Virus record (IMG/VR): IMGVR_UViG_2579778956_000001
Location: 1 to 24,208 of that record
DNA: 24,208 bases
Strand: one strand, 5' to 3'
Origin: a virus
Lineage: Duplodnaviria; Heunggongvirae; Uroviricota; Caudoviricetes
In this document: one piece after another, positions 8,950 through 16,395 of the stretch
How the letters are laid out: each line of letters starts with the position of its first letter
Position numbering within the stretch: position 1 is the first letter of the stretch
The notes under the pieces: generated by a model
What the model saw: only the letters and a program-made list of their open reading frames with translations
Told to the model about the DNA's origin: nothing
Databases searched by the model: none
Position numbers and translations under genes: made by a program

Positions 8950-8980
8950 GCTGGCGTGAGAACTAGATTCTCGCGTCAGC
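8950..8980 (+). other. Long imperfect palindrome / RNA hairpin downstream of the small ORF
   Basis: GCTGGCGTGAGAA (8950-8962), 5-nt loop, TTCTCGCGTCAGC (8968-8980): a 13-bp stem with two G-U wobbles in RNA. No U-tract follows, so not a canonical terminator. Confidence 0.35.
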
Positions 8981-9106
8981 AAGGTCAACTAAGGATTGAA
9001 ACAGAAAGCCCTTGAAAACAGTAGCAAGTTGCCTATTATCTACGCTGTATTTAATCGATGTCATTGGCTGTAATACCTTAAGTGATATTGAAAGGCGGTG
9101 TGGGGA

Positions 9107-10267
9107 ATGGATCTGGCTAAAGTTGAAGAACGCGTCCGAAGAGTCATAGGGACAATGGAGTCTGCCGAGCTTGATGAATATTTTTGGGGTAAGCGCTCGG
9201 GTTTGGGAGACTCATTACCTCCGTATTATCTCGTTTATTTTCTTTTGGTAGATTTACTGAAATTTAAAAATCGTGGGGTTGATGAGAAGATTTCTTTTTC
9301 TATCCCAGTCCGGATTGATGGGACTGTCGTAATTATAGAACATCGTAAACTTGGTTTAGATATATTTATCAAGAGTGATGATGATATAGAGCAAGCTAAA
9401 ACTGTTTTGAGACATATTTGCGCAGGGGTTAAAGCTGCTACGAAATTTTTTGACTCGCTTGCAGACAATGCAGCAAAGACTTCAAATCTAAATGTTAATA
9501 ACAATGCTAATTCTCTTTATGATAGGTTTTGCTATTTTTTAGAGCTATATAAACAGAAGCTTGATGAAGTTGCTGCTGGCCAAGAGTCTAAACTGGAAGT
9601 TGATAGTGAGTTTAAGTCTGATAATTTTTTCAGCCTGTTACAATCCACTTTTGAACAATCAAATAAGATAATTGAACTCCGAAGAGAGGCTATGTGGTTA
9701 GCAACGTCTGCAATTGAGTCATTTTTCAATTGGACCGAGCATGTTTTCATTCTTATTGCAATCTTGAAGGGTGAGATAAAAAATGGGAATGATGTGGCTG
9801 ATAAAGTTGGGAAAGAATGGGGGGAGAAATTCAAATTAGCCATTGATATTAACTCTTCCAGTCTAAAATCATTCTATGATCGTTTACTTATACTCAGAAA
9901 ACAGGTGCGTAATTTTGTAGCCCATGGCGCCTTCGGTAAGGATGGGCAAGCATTGGAATTTCACTCAAGTGTAGGGGCTGTGCCACTATTGCTGCCTCAT
10001 CGAGAAAATAAAGAACGTTTCAAGTTTGGAAATGGTGTGCATTTTTTGGCACCTGAAGCAATGCAATTAATTAACGATTTTCTTGAAAATTTGTGGCAGG
10101 GAGAACTGTCCCCAGCAAAAATTTATATTGAATCTGGATGTCCTTTAATACTATCTTACGTAACTAATGGAACCTATGCGGAGGCGATGAAATCAGAAAG
10201 GAATATGGACTTATTGGTTAATTACTTAACTCGTGAGATGGATAATGCCGCAAACATGGATTGGTAA
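9107..10267 (+). CDS. Hypothetical protein with HEPN-like R-N-x3-H motif (candidate RNase-type defence/abortive-infection effector)
   Basis: ORF with ATG at 9107 (alternative GTG at 9098; SD-like AAGG at 9092-9095, about 11 nt upstream). AT-rich codon usage. Contains LRKQVRNFVAHG, which fits the HEPN consensus R-[NSH]-x3-H. No other domain recognised. Lies in the gpA-Q hotspot. Confidence 0.65.
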   Translation: MDLAKVEERVRRVIGTMESAELDEYFWGKRSGLGDSLPPYYLVYFLLVDLLKFKNRGVDEKISFSIPVRIDGTVVIIEHRKLGLDIFIKSDDDIEQAKTVLRHICAGVKAATKFFDSLADNAAKTSNLNVNNNANSLYDRFCYFLELYKQKLDEVAAGQESKLEVDSEFKSDNFFSLLQSTFEQSNKIIELRREAMWLATSAIESFFNWTEHVFILIAILKGEIKNGNDVADKVGKEWGEKFKLAIDINSSSLKSFYDRLLILRKQVRNFVAHGAFGKDGQALEFHSSVGAVPLLLPHRENKERFKFGNGVHFLAPEAMQLINDFLENLWQGELSPAKIYIESGCPLILSYVTNGTYAEAMKSERNMDLLVNYLTREMDNAANMDW

Positions 10268-10594
10268 ACTCTAGGTGCGGGTTACAAACACACAAAAAAT
10301 CTTCCTGAGTTAGGTGTTATCCCAACCCAAGGCTGTGTCAGGAAAACTTCATATGGCGCATGAGATCGCATGATAGTATGACGATCGTTTTCGCTGATGC
10401 CAGCCTGAGCTGGCGGGCTGTTGCATATGTCATGCAGGCGCATGAAAACCACTGCATAAAGCGGGTAGGCGTGGCGGGGATACGAGCGCGCGCTTGTGGC
10501 TTTGAATACTCAAATCATGTAATGTTAATTGTCCAAGCTCAGATGTTATTTTAGAATCGTAGTTCACTAGAACTGTGTTAATTGGGAAGTATTC

Positions 10595-11845
10595 ATGGAT
10601 AAACAACGTGCTTCACAAGTTTTTGTGCCTGGCGGTATGCCGAAATTGACTTATGTTGAGCGCTCTGAAGGAGAGGTTCATGGAAAACTGGAGAGTGCTA
10701 AAGATAATTTATGTAAGTTAGTGACTTTAACTGGGCAAACAAAGTCTGGTAAGACTGTAATTACAAGAATGGTATTCCCAGTCATGGACGATGATGTTGT
10801 ATGGATTGACGGTGGGAGTATTACAACTGAAGATGATATTTGGGAGCAGGTATTAGAAAAACTAAATGGCTACCATAGTATTGAAGTTAATTCTGGAGAA
10901 AATAGTGCTATTGCAGTTAGTGGTAAGGTATCGGGGACCGCAAGTGCATTCGTTGTTAAAGGTACAGGTGAGGCTGGTTTAGTTCAGACGGATGGAAAGT
11001 CAAATGGTAATAAAAAATCGCGAACGATATCCGCAAAAAGTTCTGCACTAAAAGTTCTCTCTCAAACCAAGTCTAGTCTTATAATTGATGACTTTCATTA
11101 CCTTGATCGTGACCTACAAGGTAACTTTATTAGAGCGATAAAACCATTAGTTTTTGATGGAGTACCAGTTGTACTGATAGCCATTCCACATCGAAGATAT
11201 GATGCTGTAAAAGTTGAAAAAGAAATTACCGGACGGCTAGAAAATATTTCCATGCCTTCGTGGGAAATGGATGAACTAAAACAAATAGCAAAAGTGGGAT
11301 TTCCTCTGTTAAACATGGAAGTTAGTGATTCAGTAATTGATAAAATTGCCAATGAATCATTGGGAAGCCCTCATTTAATGCAAGAGTTTTGCAAGGCTAT
11401 ATGCTTAGCAAATAATGTTAAAGAAACTTTGCCGAGTAAGTTAGTTATTAATTCTTTAGATGATGATATTTTTAGAAAGGTTGCAGAATCCACTGGGAAA
11501 ATAGTATTTGATAAGTTAGCTAGTGGCCCTAATCAGCGAACTGACAGAATTCCTAGAAAACTGAAAAGTGGTGAGGAAGTAGATATATATAAAGTTGTAT
11601 TATATGCATTGTCACATATGAAACCAGGAATGCAAAGTATTCAGTATGAGGAGTTAAGATCAGCCATACGCGAACTGGTGCAAGATGCTCCTCCACAAGC
11701 TCATGAGGTTACTCGTGTTATAGAAAAAATGGCTAAAATAGCTGCTACGGAAGAAGCTTCAACTCCTGTAATAGATTGGGATAAGGAGGACCGAAAGTTG
11801 CATATTACTGATCCATTTTTTGCTTTTTATCTAAAATGGCGATAA
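10595..11845 (+). CDS. P-loop NTPase (Walker A/B ATPase), candidate defence-system ATPase
   Basis: 416-aa ORF with SD GGGAAG upstream. Walker A LTGQTKSGKT (about residue 45) and Walker B-like hhhhDD (SLIIDDFHYLD). AT-rich. No nuclease (Toprim/HNH) motif recognised, so not an obvious Old/Gabija-type protein. Confidence 0.8.
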   Translation: MDKQRASQVFVPGGMPKLTYVERSEGEVHGKLESAKDNLCKLVTLTGQTKSGKTVITRMVFPVMDDDVVWIDGGSITTEDDIWEQVLEKLNGYHSIEVNSGENSAIAVSGKVSGTASAFVVKGTGEAGLVQTDGKSNGNKKSRTISAKSSALKVLSQTKSSLIIDDFHYLDRDLQGNFIRAIKPLVFDGVPVVLIAIPHRRYDAVKVEKEITGRLENISMPSWEMDELKQIAKVGFPLLNMEVSDSVIDKIANESLGSPHLMQEFCKAICLANNVKETLPSKLVINSLDDDIFRKVAESTGKIVFDKLASGPNQRTDRIPRKLKSGEEVDIYKVVLYALSHMKPGMQSIQYEELRSAIRELVQDAPPQAHEVTRVIEKMAKIAATEEASTPVIDWDKEDRKLHITDPFFAFYLKWR

Positions 11846-11852
11846 AGGTTCT

Positions 11853-11871
11853 GGCTGCCAAACTGGCAGCC
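11853..11871. terminator. GC-rich hairpin between the convergent ATPase gene (+) and portal gene (-); putative bidirectional terminator
   Basis: GGCTGCC (11853-11859), loop AAACT, GGCAGCC (11865-11871). Located in the 32-bp gap between two convergent stop codons. Flanking T/A runs are weak. Confidence 0.45.
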
Positions 11872-11877
11872 TTAAAG

Positions 11878-12915
11878 CTAATTTGAATGAAGTTTATATT
11901 CTTCGAACTGTATCACTTTTTCTTTTAACCAAACATTTAACTCTTCAAATCTTTTTTGCAATGGTATTAGTTCATTGCGTACAAATACATTACTTGCCTT
12001 CTCCACATCCCCAAACCCCCCAACATTATTTGGCATTATCCCCATCATCTGTGGCGGCACGCGGTGTGCCGCCATCATGTCATCGCGACTAACATTTTTG
12101 ATATTCAGAAATTCATCCTTCGCTGCGACTTCTGACAACGGGATAATCTGAAGTCCGTCTTTTTTACCATTAGGCGAGTACATAAACAGATTGCGGAAGT
12201 TACCCGGACCTTTGGCGCTTTTCATTGCGTTGCGGAGGTTGTTCACATCCTCCTGGTTCTGCGCGGCATCGGTCATGTACATGATGAAGCCGGCATGACT
12301 GCCGTTAATGTAATACTTGCGGCGGAACAGCGTGGCGGACTCGTTGAGCAAAGCGGATGGGATGGCAGAAAGATAGCCGGGCAGGCCGTAGATCTCCTGG
12401 TTGATGTCCGGTTCCATCAGATGAAAAATGCTGCCTTTCGTGAACTGATACGGCTGGGTTGTCATACCGTATTGCACAAACCAGTAGGTATCCAGGTCTA
12501 ACCCGCGTCGGGTGTATTTTGCCAGCGCAGGCTCAAGGGCGATAACTTCACCGAATCGGTTCGTGCGTTTCTCCAGGTAGGCGTTACCAAATACCAGATA
12601 GTCCTGTACAAAACGCGAAAAAGCCTGTTGGCTGAGCAGCGGATGAGGGATATAGGTACTGGTCAGAATGTTGCACTTTACTGCAATCGGGGAACTGTGA
12701 TGCACGGCAGCCCGGAAGGTGCGCGCCAGTCCGTCAAAACTTACGGGTGGCTCGTACCAACACTCCATCTGTACGCATTCCACATAGTCCAGCAGTTCGC
12801 GGCGGTCCAGAACAGGAACGGGATCACCGAAGCTGAATGCTTCGGCTGAAGTCTGGCTTTTATGCTGGATCTGTTTCGTCGACGCAGCGCGGTTCTTCTT
12901 ACTCTTTCCCATCAA
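11878..12915 (-). CDS. Q: Portal vertex protein gpQ
   Basis: 345-aa ORF; size and position (upstream of and translationally coupled to the terminase gene) match P2 gene Q. Start overlaps the terminase stop. Confidence 0.85.
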   Translation of the reverse strand: MMGKSKKNRAASTKQIQHKSQTSAEAFSFGDPVPVLDRRELLDYVECVQMECWYEPPVSFDGLARTFRAAVHHSSPIAVKCNILTSTYIPHPLLSQQAFSRFVQDYLVFGNAYLEKRTNRFGEVIALEPALAKYTRRGLDLDTYWFVQYGMTTQPYQFTKGSIFHLMEPDINQEIYGLPGYLSAIPSALLNESATLFRRKYYINGSHAGFIMYMTDAAQNQEDVNNLRNAMKSAKGPGNFRNLFMYSPNGKKDGLQIIPLSEVAAKDEFLNIKNVSRDDMMAAHRVPPQMMGIMPNNVGGFGDVEKASNVFVRNELIPLQKRFEELNVWLKEKVIQFEEYKLHSN

Positions 12916-14678
12916 AAAATCTCCACAATATTGCTGGTATTGGCGGACTCGCCCTGCAGCGGTTCGTTAAACAGTGCGTGCATTGTTGCCCAGGCCAGAT
13001 CGGCATGGCTGGCTTCTTCGCTGCGGCTGGCTTCATAGGTCGGGCGGTTGCCACTGGCAGTGGTAGCGCGACGGATTGCCATAAATGACTGCGCAATGTC
13101 GGTGTGCCCGGCGTCAAACTCCAGACGGCGGTGGCTGATAATGTCGTAGGCCTTGAGTACCAGGGCGTTTTTAACATTGGGGTTGTAGACAAACTCCCGG
13201 ACGGCAGGAAAGAACGCTTTCACGTTCTCATAAACCCCGTGACCAACGCCGGTTGAGTCGATACCGATATAGGTCACGTTGTACTGTTCGGTCAGTTTTT
13301 TGATGGCGTCAGCCTGGGCGCGGAAGTCCATCCCGCGCCACTGGTGACGCTCAAGAATGCGGAACTTACCACCAGGCACGGCTGGCGGTGCCACCACCAC
13401 GCATCCGGCGCTGTCGCCGTTTTGCGTACCTTTTGCCGGGTCATAACCGATCCACACTTCGCGCCAGCCAAACGGGCGCAGAGCCAGTGCATGAAAGTCG
13501 GTCCAGACTTCCCAGCTGTCCACCATGCACGCCTGCAGCTCGCTGAGCGGAAATACGGACGCGAGATCGTCCACAAACTCGCACATCAGCAGGTTCTGGT
13601 ATTCGTCCGGGCTGTACTCCATGCGCAACTGGTCAAGGTCGAACAGGTTACAGCCGCCGCGCACCGCATCTTCCACGGTGACTATCTGGCGGTATTGCCC
13701 GTCTGCGCACAGCAGGCCGGGGGCCAGATTGCTGTGGGACAGGTCGATGTCCACCTTGTCGGCCTTGTTGCGCCCACGGTTGAACAGCGCACCGGACCAG
13801 AACGGATAAGCACTGTGTGTCAGGCTGGATGGCGTGGAAAAATAGGTTTGTCGCCATTTTTTGTGAATAGCCATACCGGAAGCCACTTTGCGCAGCTCCT
13901 GGAATTTCGGTATCCAGAAATATTCATCCAGATACAGGTTGCCGTGATAACTCTGGGCCGTGCGGGCATTGGTGCCGAGGAAGTAAAGCGTGGCCCCGTT
14001 AGGAAGCACCATCGGATCGCCTTTCAACTCCACCCCCACTTCTTTGGCGAAGTCGATGATGTACTGCTTAAAGACGTGGGCCTGTGCCTTGCTGGCGGAA
14101 AGGAAAATCTGGTTACGTCCGGTAAGCAGGGCGTCAATCAGGGCTTCACGGGCAAAGTAAAAGGTCGCGCCGATCTGGCGTGACTTCAGCAGGTTGCGGA
14201 TGCGGTTGGTTTTTCCGGCTTCCCACCAGTGGCGCTGGTAGTTGAACATGGAGGAATGGAAGATTTCTTCCAGCTTCTCAATCTGCTCATCGGTGAAAAC
14301 ATTCTTTTCCGGCTGACGGCGTGGGCCTTTATTGCGGTTGGCGACGTTAGGGTTTAAGTCGGCTTCGTTGCCGCCATTGTTAAACTTGCCGATCCGCGCG
14401 TGGCGCTCCGACTGGCGCGCCAGCAGGTCAATCTCTTTGAAATCTTTCCCTTCTTTGTGCTCCTTCATGATGAGCTGGCAGTAGCGTGCGGCGGTGGTGA
14501 GCTGCATCTGATCCAGCGGCCCATAGTCACCCCACTTGTCGCGTTTTTTCCAGCTGTGAACGGTTGCAACTTTCTCGCCCAGCATTTCAGCAATGCGGGC
14601 TACGCGGTATCCCTGAAAGTACAGCAGCATGGCCTGCCGACGGGGATCGAGATCTGCGGGTGTCAGTGTGGTGTTCAT
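12912..14678 (-). CDS. P: Terminase large (ATPase) subunit gpP
   Basis: 588-aa ORF (P2 gpP is about 590 aa), divergent from the scaffold gene O, with the Q gene immediately downstream in the same orientation. Confidence 0.9.
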   Translation of the reverse strand: MNTTLTPADLDPRRQAMLLYFQGYRVARIAEMLGEKVATVHSWKKRDKWGDYGPLDQMQLTTAARYCQLIMKEHKEGKDFKEIDLLARQSERHARIGKFNNGGNEADLNPNVANRNKGPRRQPEKNVFTDEQIEKLEEIFHSSMFNYQRHWWEAGKTNRIRNLLKSRQIGATFYFAREALIDALLTGRNQIFLSASKAQAHVFKQYIIDFAKEVGVELKGDPMVLPNGATLYFLGTNARTAQSYHGNLYLDEYFWIPKFQELRKVASGMAIHKKWRQTYFSTPSSLTHSAYPFWSGALFNRGRNKADKVDIDLSHSNLAPGLLCADGQYRQIVTVEDAVRGGCNLFDLDQLRMEYSPDEYQNLLMCEFVDDLASVFPLSELQACMVDSWEVWTDFHALALRPFGWREVWIGYDPAKGTQNGDSAGCVVVAPPAVPGGKFRILERHQWRGMDFRAQADAIKKLTEQYNVTYIGIDSTGVGHGVYENVKAFFPAVREFVYNPNVKNALVLKAYDIISHRRLEFDAGHTDIAQSFMAIRRATTASGNRPTYEASRSEEASHADLAWATMHALFNEPLQGESANTSNIVEIF

Positions 14679-14724
14679 GGCACAAACCTACAACCTTGAA
14701 TGAAGGCTTTCCCCGCCTGCGGTT

Positions 14725-14742
14725 TGTGTGGTTGTCGGTACA
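14725..14742. promoter_or_regulatory. TGT-N12-ACA dyad (Ogr/Delta-type late-promoter activator site) in the divergent P/O promoter region
   Basis: TGTgtggttgtcggtACA at 14725-14742 within the 142-bp P-O intergenic region, centred about 88 bp upstream of the O start codon. P2 late promoters carry a TGT-N12-ACA element near -55. Confidence 0.45.
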
Positions 14743-14820
14743 AATACCGCGCATTGTTTCACTGCCCCCATCACCGCAACCATAAGGCTCCAGTAAGTTT
14801 TTTCTAACGGAGCACGGCTC

Positions 14821-15459
14821 ATGACAGTGAAAGCAAAGCGTTTTCGCATCGGGGTGGAAGGTGCCACCACCGACGGACGCGAAATCCAGCGTGAATGGCT
14901 GGAACAGATGGCAGCCAGCTACAACCCGGCGGTGTATACCGCGCTGATTAACCTTGAGCACATCAAGTCTTATCTGCCGGACAGCACCTTTAACCGCTAC
15001 GGCAAGGTGACGGCGCTGTTTGCTGAAGAAATCAAGGAAGGTCCGCTGGCAGGCAAGATGGCGCTGTATGCCGACGTTGAGCCAACGGAGTCCCTGGTGG
15101 AACTGGTGAAAAAAGGCCAGAAATTATTCACATCTATGGAAGTTAGCCCGAAGTTCGCTGATACGGGCAAAGCCTACCTGGTCGGCCTGGCTGCCACTGA
15201 TGACCCTGCCAGTCTGGGCACTGAAATGCTGACATTCAGCGCCAGTGCAGCCCATAACCCGCTGGCAAACCGCAAGCAGAATCCCGCCAATCTTTTTACC
15301 GCTGCAGAGGAAACGGTGATCGAACTGGAAGAAATCCAGGATGACAAACCGTCCCTGTTTGCCCGTGTCACGGCGCTGTTCACCAAAAAAGAGCAGTCCG
15401 ATGACGCCCGGTTCTCTGATGTGCATAAGGCCGTGGAACAACTGGCAGGGGATCGTTGA
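14821..15459 (+). CDS. O: Capsid scaffolding protein gpO, C-terminally truncated at a deletion junction (likely nonfunctional)
   Basis: 212-aa ORF with an N-terminus of gpO type (FRIGVEGATTDGREI...YLVGLAATDDPASLGTE). P2 gpO is about 284 aa as I recall. The ORF ends in a short non-homologous tail (QLAGDR*) exactly where tail-tube homology begins in another frame. Confidence 0.75.
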   Translation: MTVKAKRFRIGVEGATTDGREIQREWLEQMAASYNPAVYTALINLEHIKSYLPDSTFNRYGKVTALFAEEIKEGPLAGKMALYADVEPTESLVELVKKGQKLFTSMEVSPKFADTGKAYLVGLAATDDPASLGTEMLTFSASAAHNPLANRKQNPANLFTAAEETVIELEEIQDDKPSLFARVTALFTKKEQSDDARFSDVHKAVEQLAGDR

Positions 15460-15904
15460 GTCGCTGACGCTGCCGAAATTTACCCGCAAATATGAGAAGT
15501 ATCGCGGCGGCGGAATGCCGGGTGCGGTGGATGTGGATCTGGGGCTTGATGACAGTGCGCTGGACACAGAATTTTCCATTGGTGGTACTGAATTGCTGCT
15601 GTTTAAACAGATGGGTAAAGCCACGGTGGATGGCATCCAGCTGCGCTTTACCGGCTCTATTCAGCGTGACGATACCGGGGAAGTGCAGGCCGTGGAGCTT
15701 GTCGTGCGTGGACGTCACAAAGAAGTGGATTCCGGCGAGTGGAAGACGGGCGAAAGCAACACCACCAAAGTGACCAGTACCAACAGCTACGCGAAGCTGA
15801 CCATCAATGGTGAGGTGCTCTATGAAGTGGACCTTATCAACATGGTGGAAATTGTGGACGGTGTGGACCTGATGGAAGCGCACCGCAACGCCCTCGGCCT
15901 CTGA
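15446..15904 (+). pseudogene. FII: Tail tube protein FII, 5'-truncated fragment fused downstream of gpO
   Basis: Frame of ORF 15341..15904. Homology to the P2 major tail tube protein begins about at QGIVESLTLPKFTRKYEKYRGGGMPGAVDVDLGLDD and runs to the C-terminus (...EAHRNALGL). About 25 N-terminal residues and any start codon/SD are missing; the upstream part of the ORF overlaps gpO out of frame. Confidence 0.7.
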
Positions 15905-15958
15905 TATATCTGAACGGCGCGGGATACCGCGCCAGAACCCAATTGACAGGACAGCAAA

Positions 15959-16261
15959 ATGAGCGATAAGCAGACTGAAAAGACCATTCAACTGGATACC
16001 CCCATCAAGCGCGGTAAAACAGAAATCACCGAAATTGTGCTGCGTAAACCGCAGTCCGGTGCGCTGCGCGGTACACGCCTGCAGGCCATTATGGATATGG
16101 ATGTGAACGCGATGATGACCGTGATCCCCCGCATCTCCAGTCCGGCACTGACTGCACAGGAAATTGCAGAGATGGACCCGGCAGATCTCACTGCCATGTC
16201 GGTTGAGGTTGTCACTTTTTTGTTGAAGAAGTCGGTGCTTGCCGGTTTACCGACAGCCTGA
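15959..16261 (+). CDS. E: Tail assembly chaperone gpE
   Basis: 100-aa ORF directly upstream of the tape-measure gene, containing a slippery heptamer near its 3' end, as in P2 E/E' (analogous to lambda G/GT). Confidence 0.8.
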   Translation: MSDKQTEKTIQLDTPIKRGKTEITEIVLRKPQSGALRGTRLQAIMDMDVNAMMTVIPRISSPALTAQEIAEMDPADLTAMSVEVVTFLLKKSVLAGLPTA

Positions 16262-16395
16262 CGGTTGACGATCTGGTGGCAGATATCGCCACCATTTTTC
16301 ACTGGCCGCCATCCGTTACTGACGTTATGCCGCTGACCGAAGTGCTGGAATGGCGGTATAAAGCGATTCAGAGAAGCGGGGCCAACGATGAGTGA
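15959..16395 (+). CDS. E': gpE+E' extended chaperone produced by programmed -1 ribosomal frameshift
   Basis: After a -1 slip at T TTT TTG (16216-16222) the reading frame stays open to TGA at 16393-16395, overlapping the T start codon (16388). Translated by hand: ...FVEEVGACRFTDSLTVDDLVADIATIFHWPPSVTDVMPLTEVLEWRYKAIQRSGANDE*. Confidence 0.7.
16216..16222 (+). other. Programmed -1 frameshift slippery heptamer (X XXY YYZ = T TTT TTG)
   Basis: TTTTTTG, in frame as ac[T TTT TTG] in gene E. Conserved arrangement upstream of tape-measure genes. Confidence 0.7.

Noticed and set aside
10360-10554. 64-aa ORF in the spacer between the two cargo genes
   Set aside because: No SD, and the start is embedded in overlapping ATG/TGA codons. 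Treated as non-coding and discussed instead as a possible structured or remnant region.
8596-11877. Possibility that the hotspot cargo is a known Old, Tin, Gabija, PARIS, retron or restriction-modification system
   Set aside because: No Toprim, HNH, reverse-transcriptase, methyltransferase or restriction-endonuclease motifs were recognised in the 389-aa or 416-aa proteins; sizes and motifs do not fit the systems I can recall. This cannot be excluded without profile searches.
13344-14183. 279-aa plus-strand ORF and several 60-100-aa ORFs overlapping the terminase gene P
   Set aside because: Antisense to a conserved terminase ORF, rich in Arg/Ala/His as expected from reverse-frame translation of GC-rich codons, and lacking a start context.
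15341-15445. N-terminal 35 codons of ORF 15341..15904 (MTNRPCLPVSRRCSPKK...)
   Set aside because: This stretch is the out-of-frame 3' end of gpO read in the tail-tube frame; it has no SD and no homology. The real FII-derived sequence begins at about 15446.
15913-15935. GC-rich hairpin (GGCGCGG-GATA-CCGCGCC) between the FII fragment and E
   Set aside because: No U-tract on either strand and it lies inside an operon; probably only local secondary structure, so not called as a terminator.
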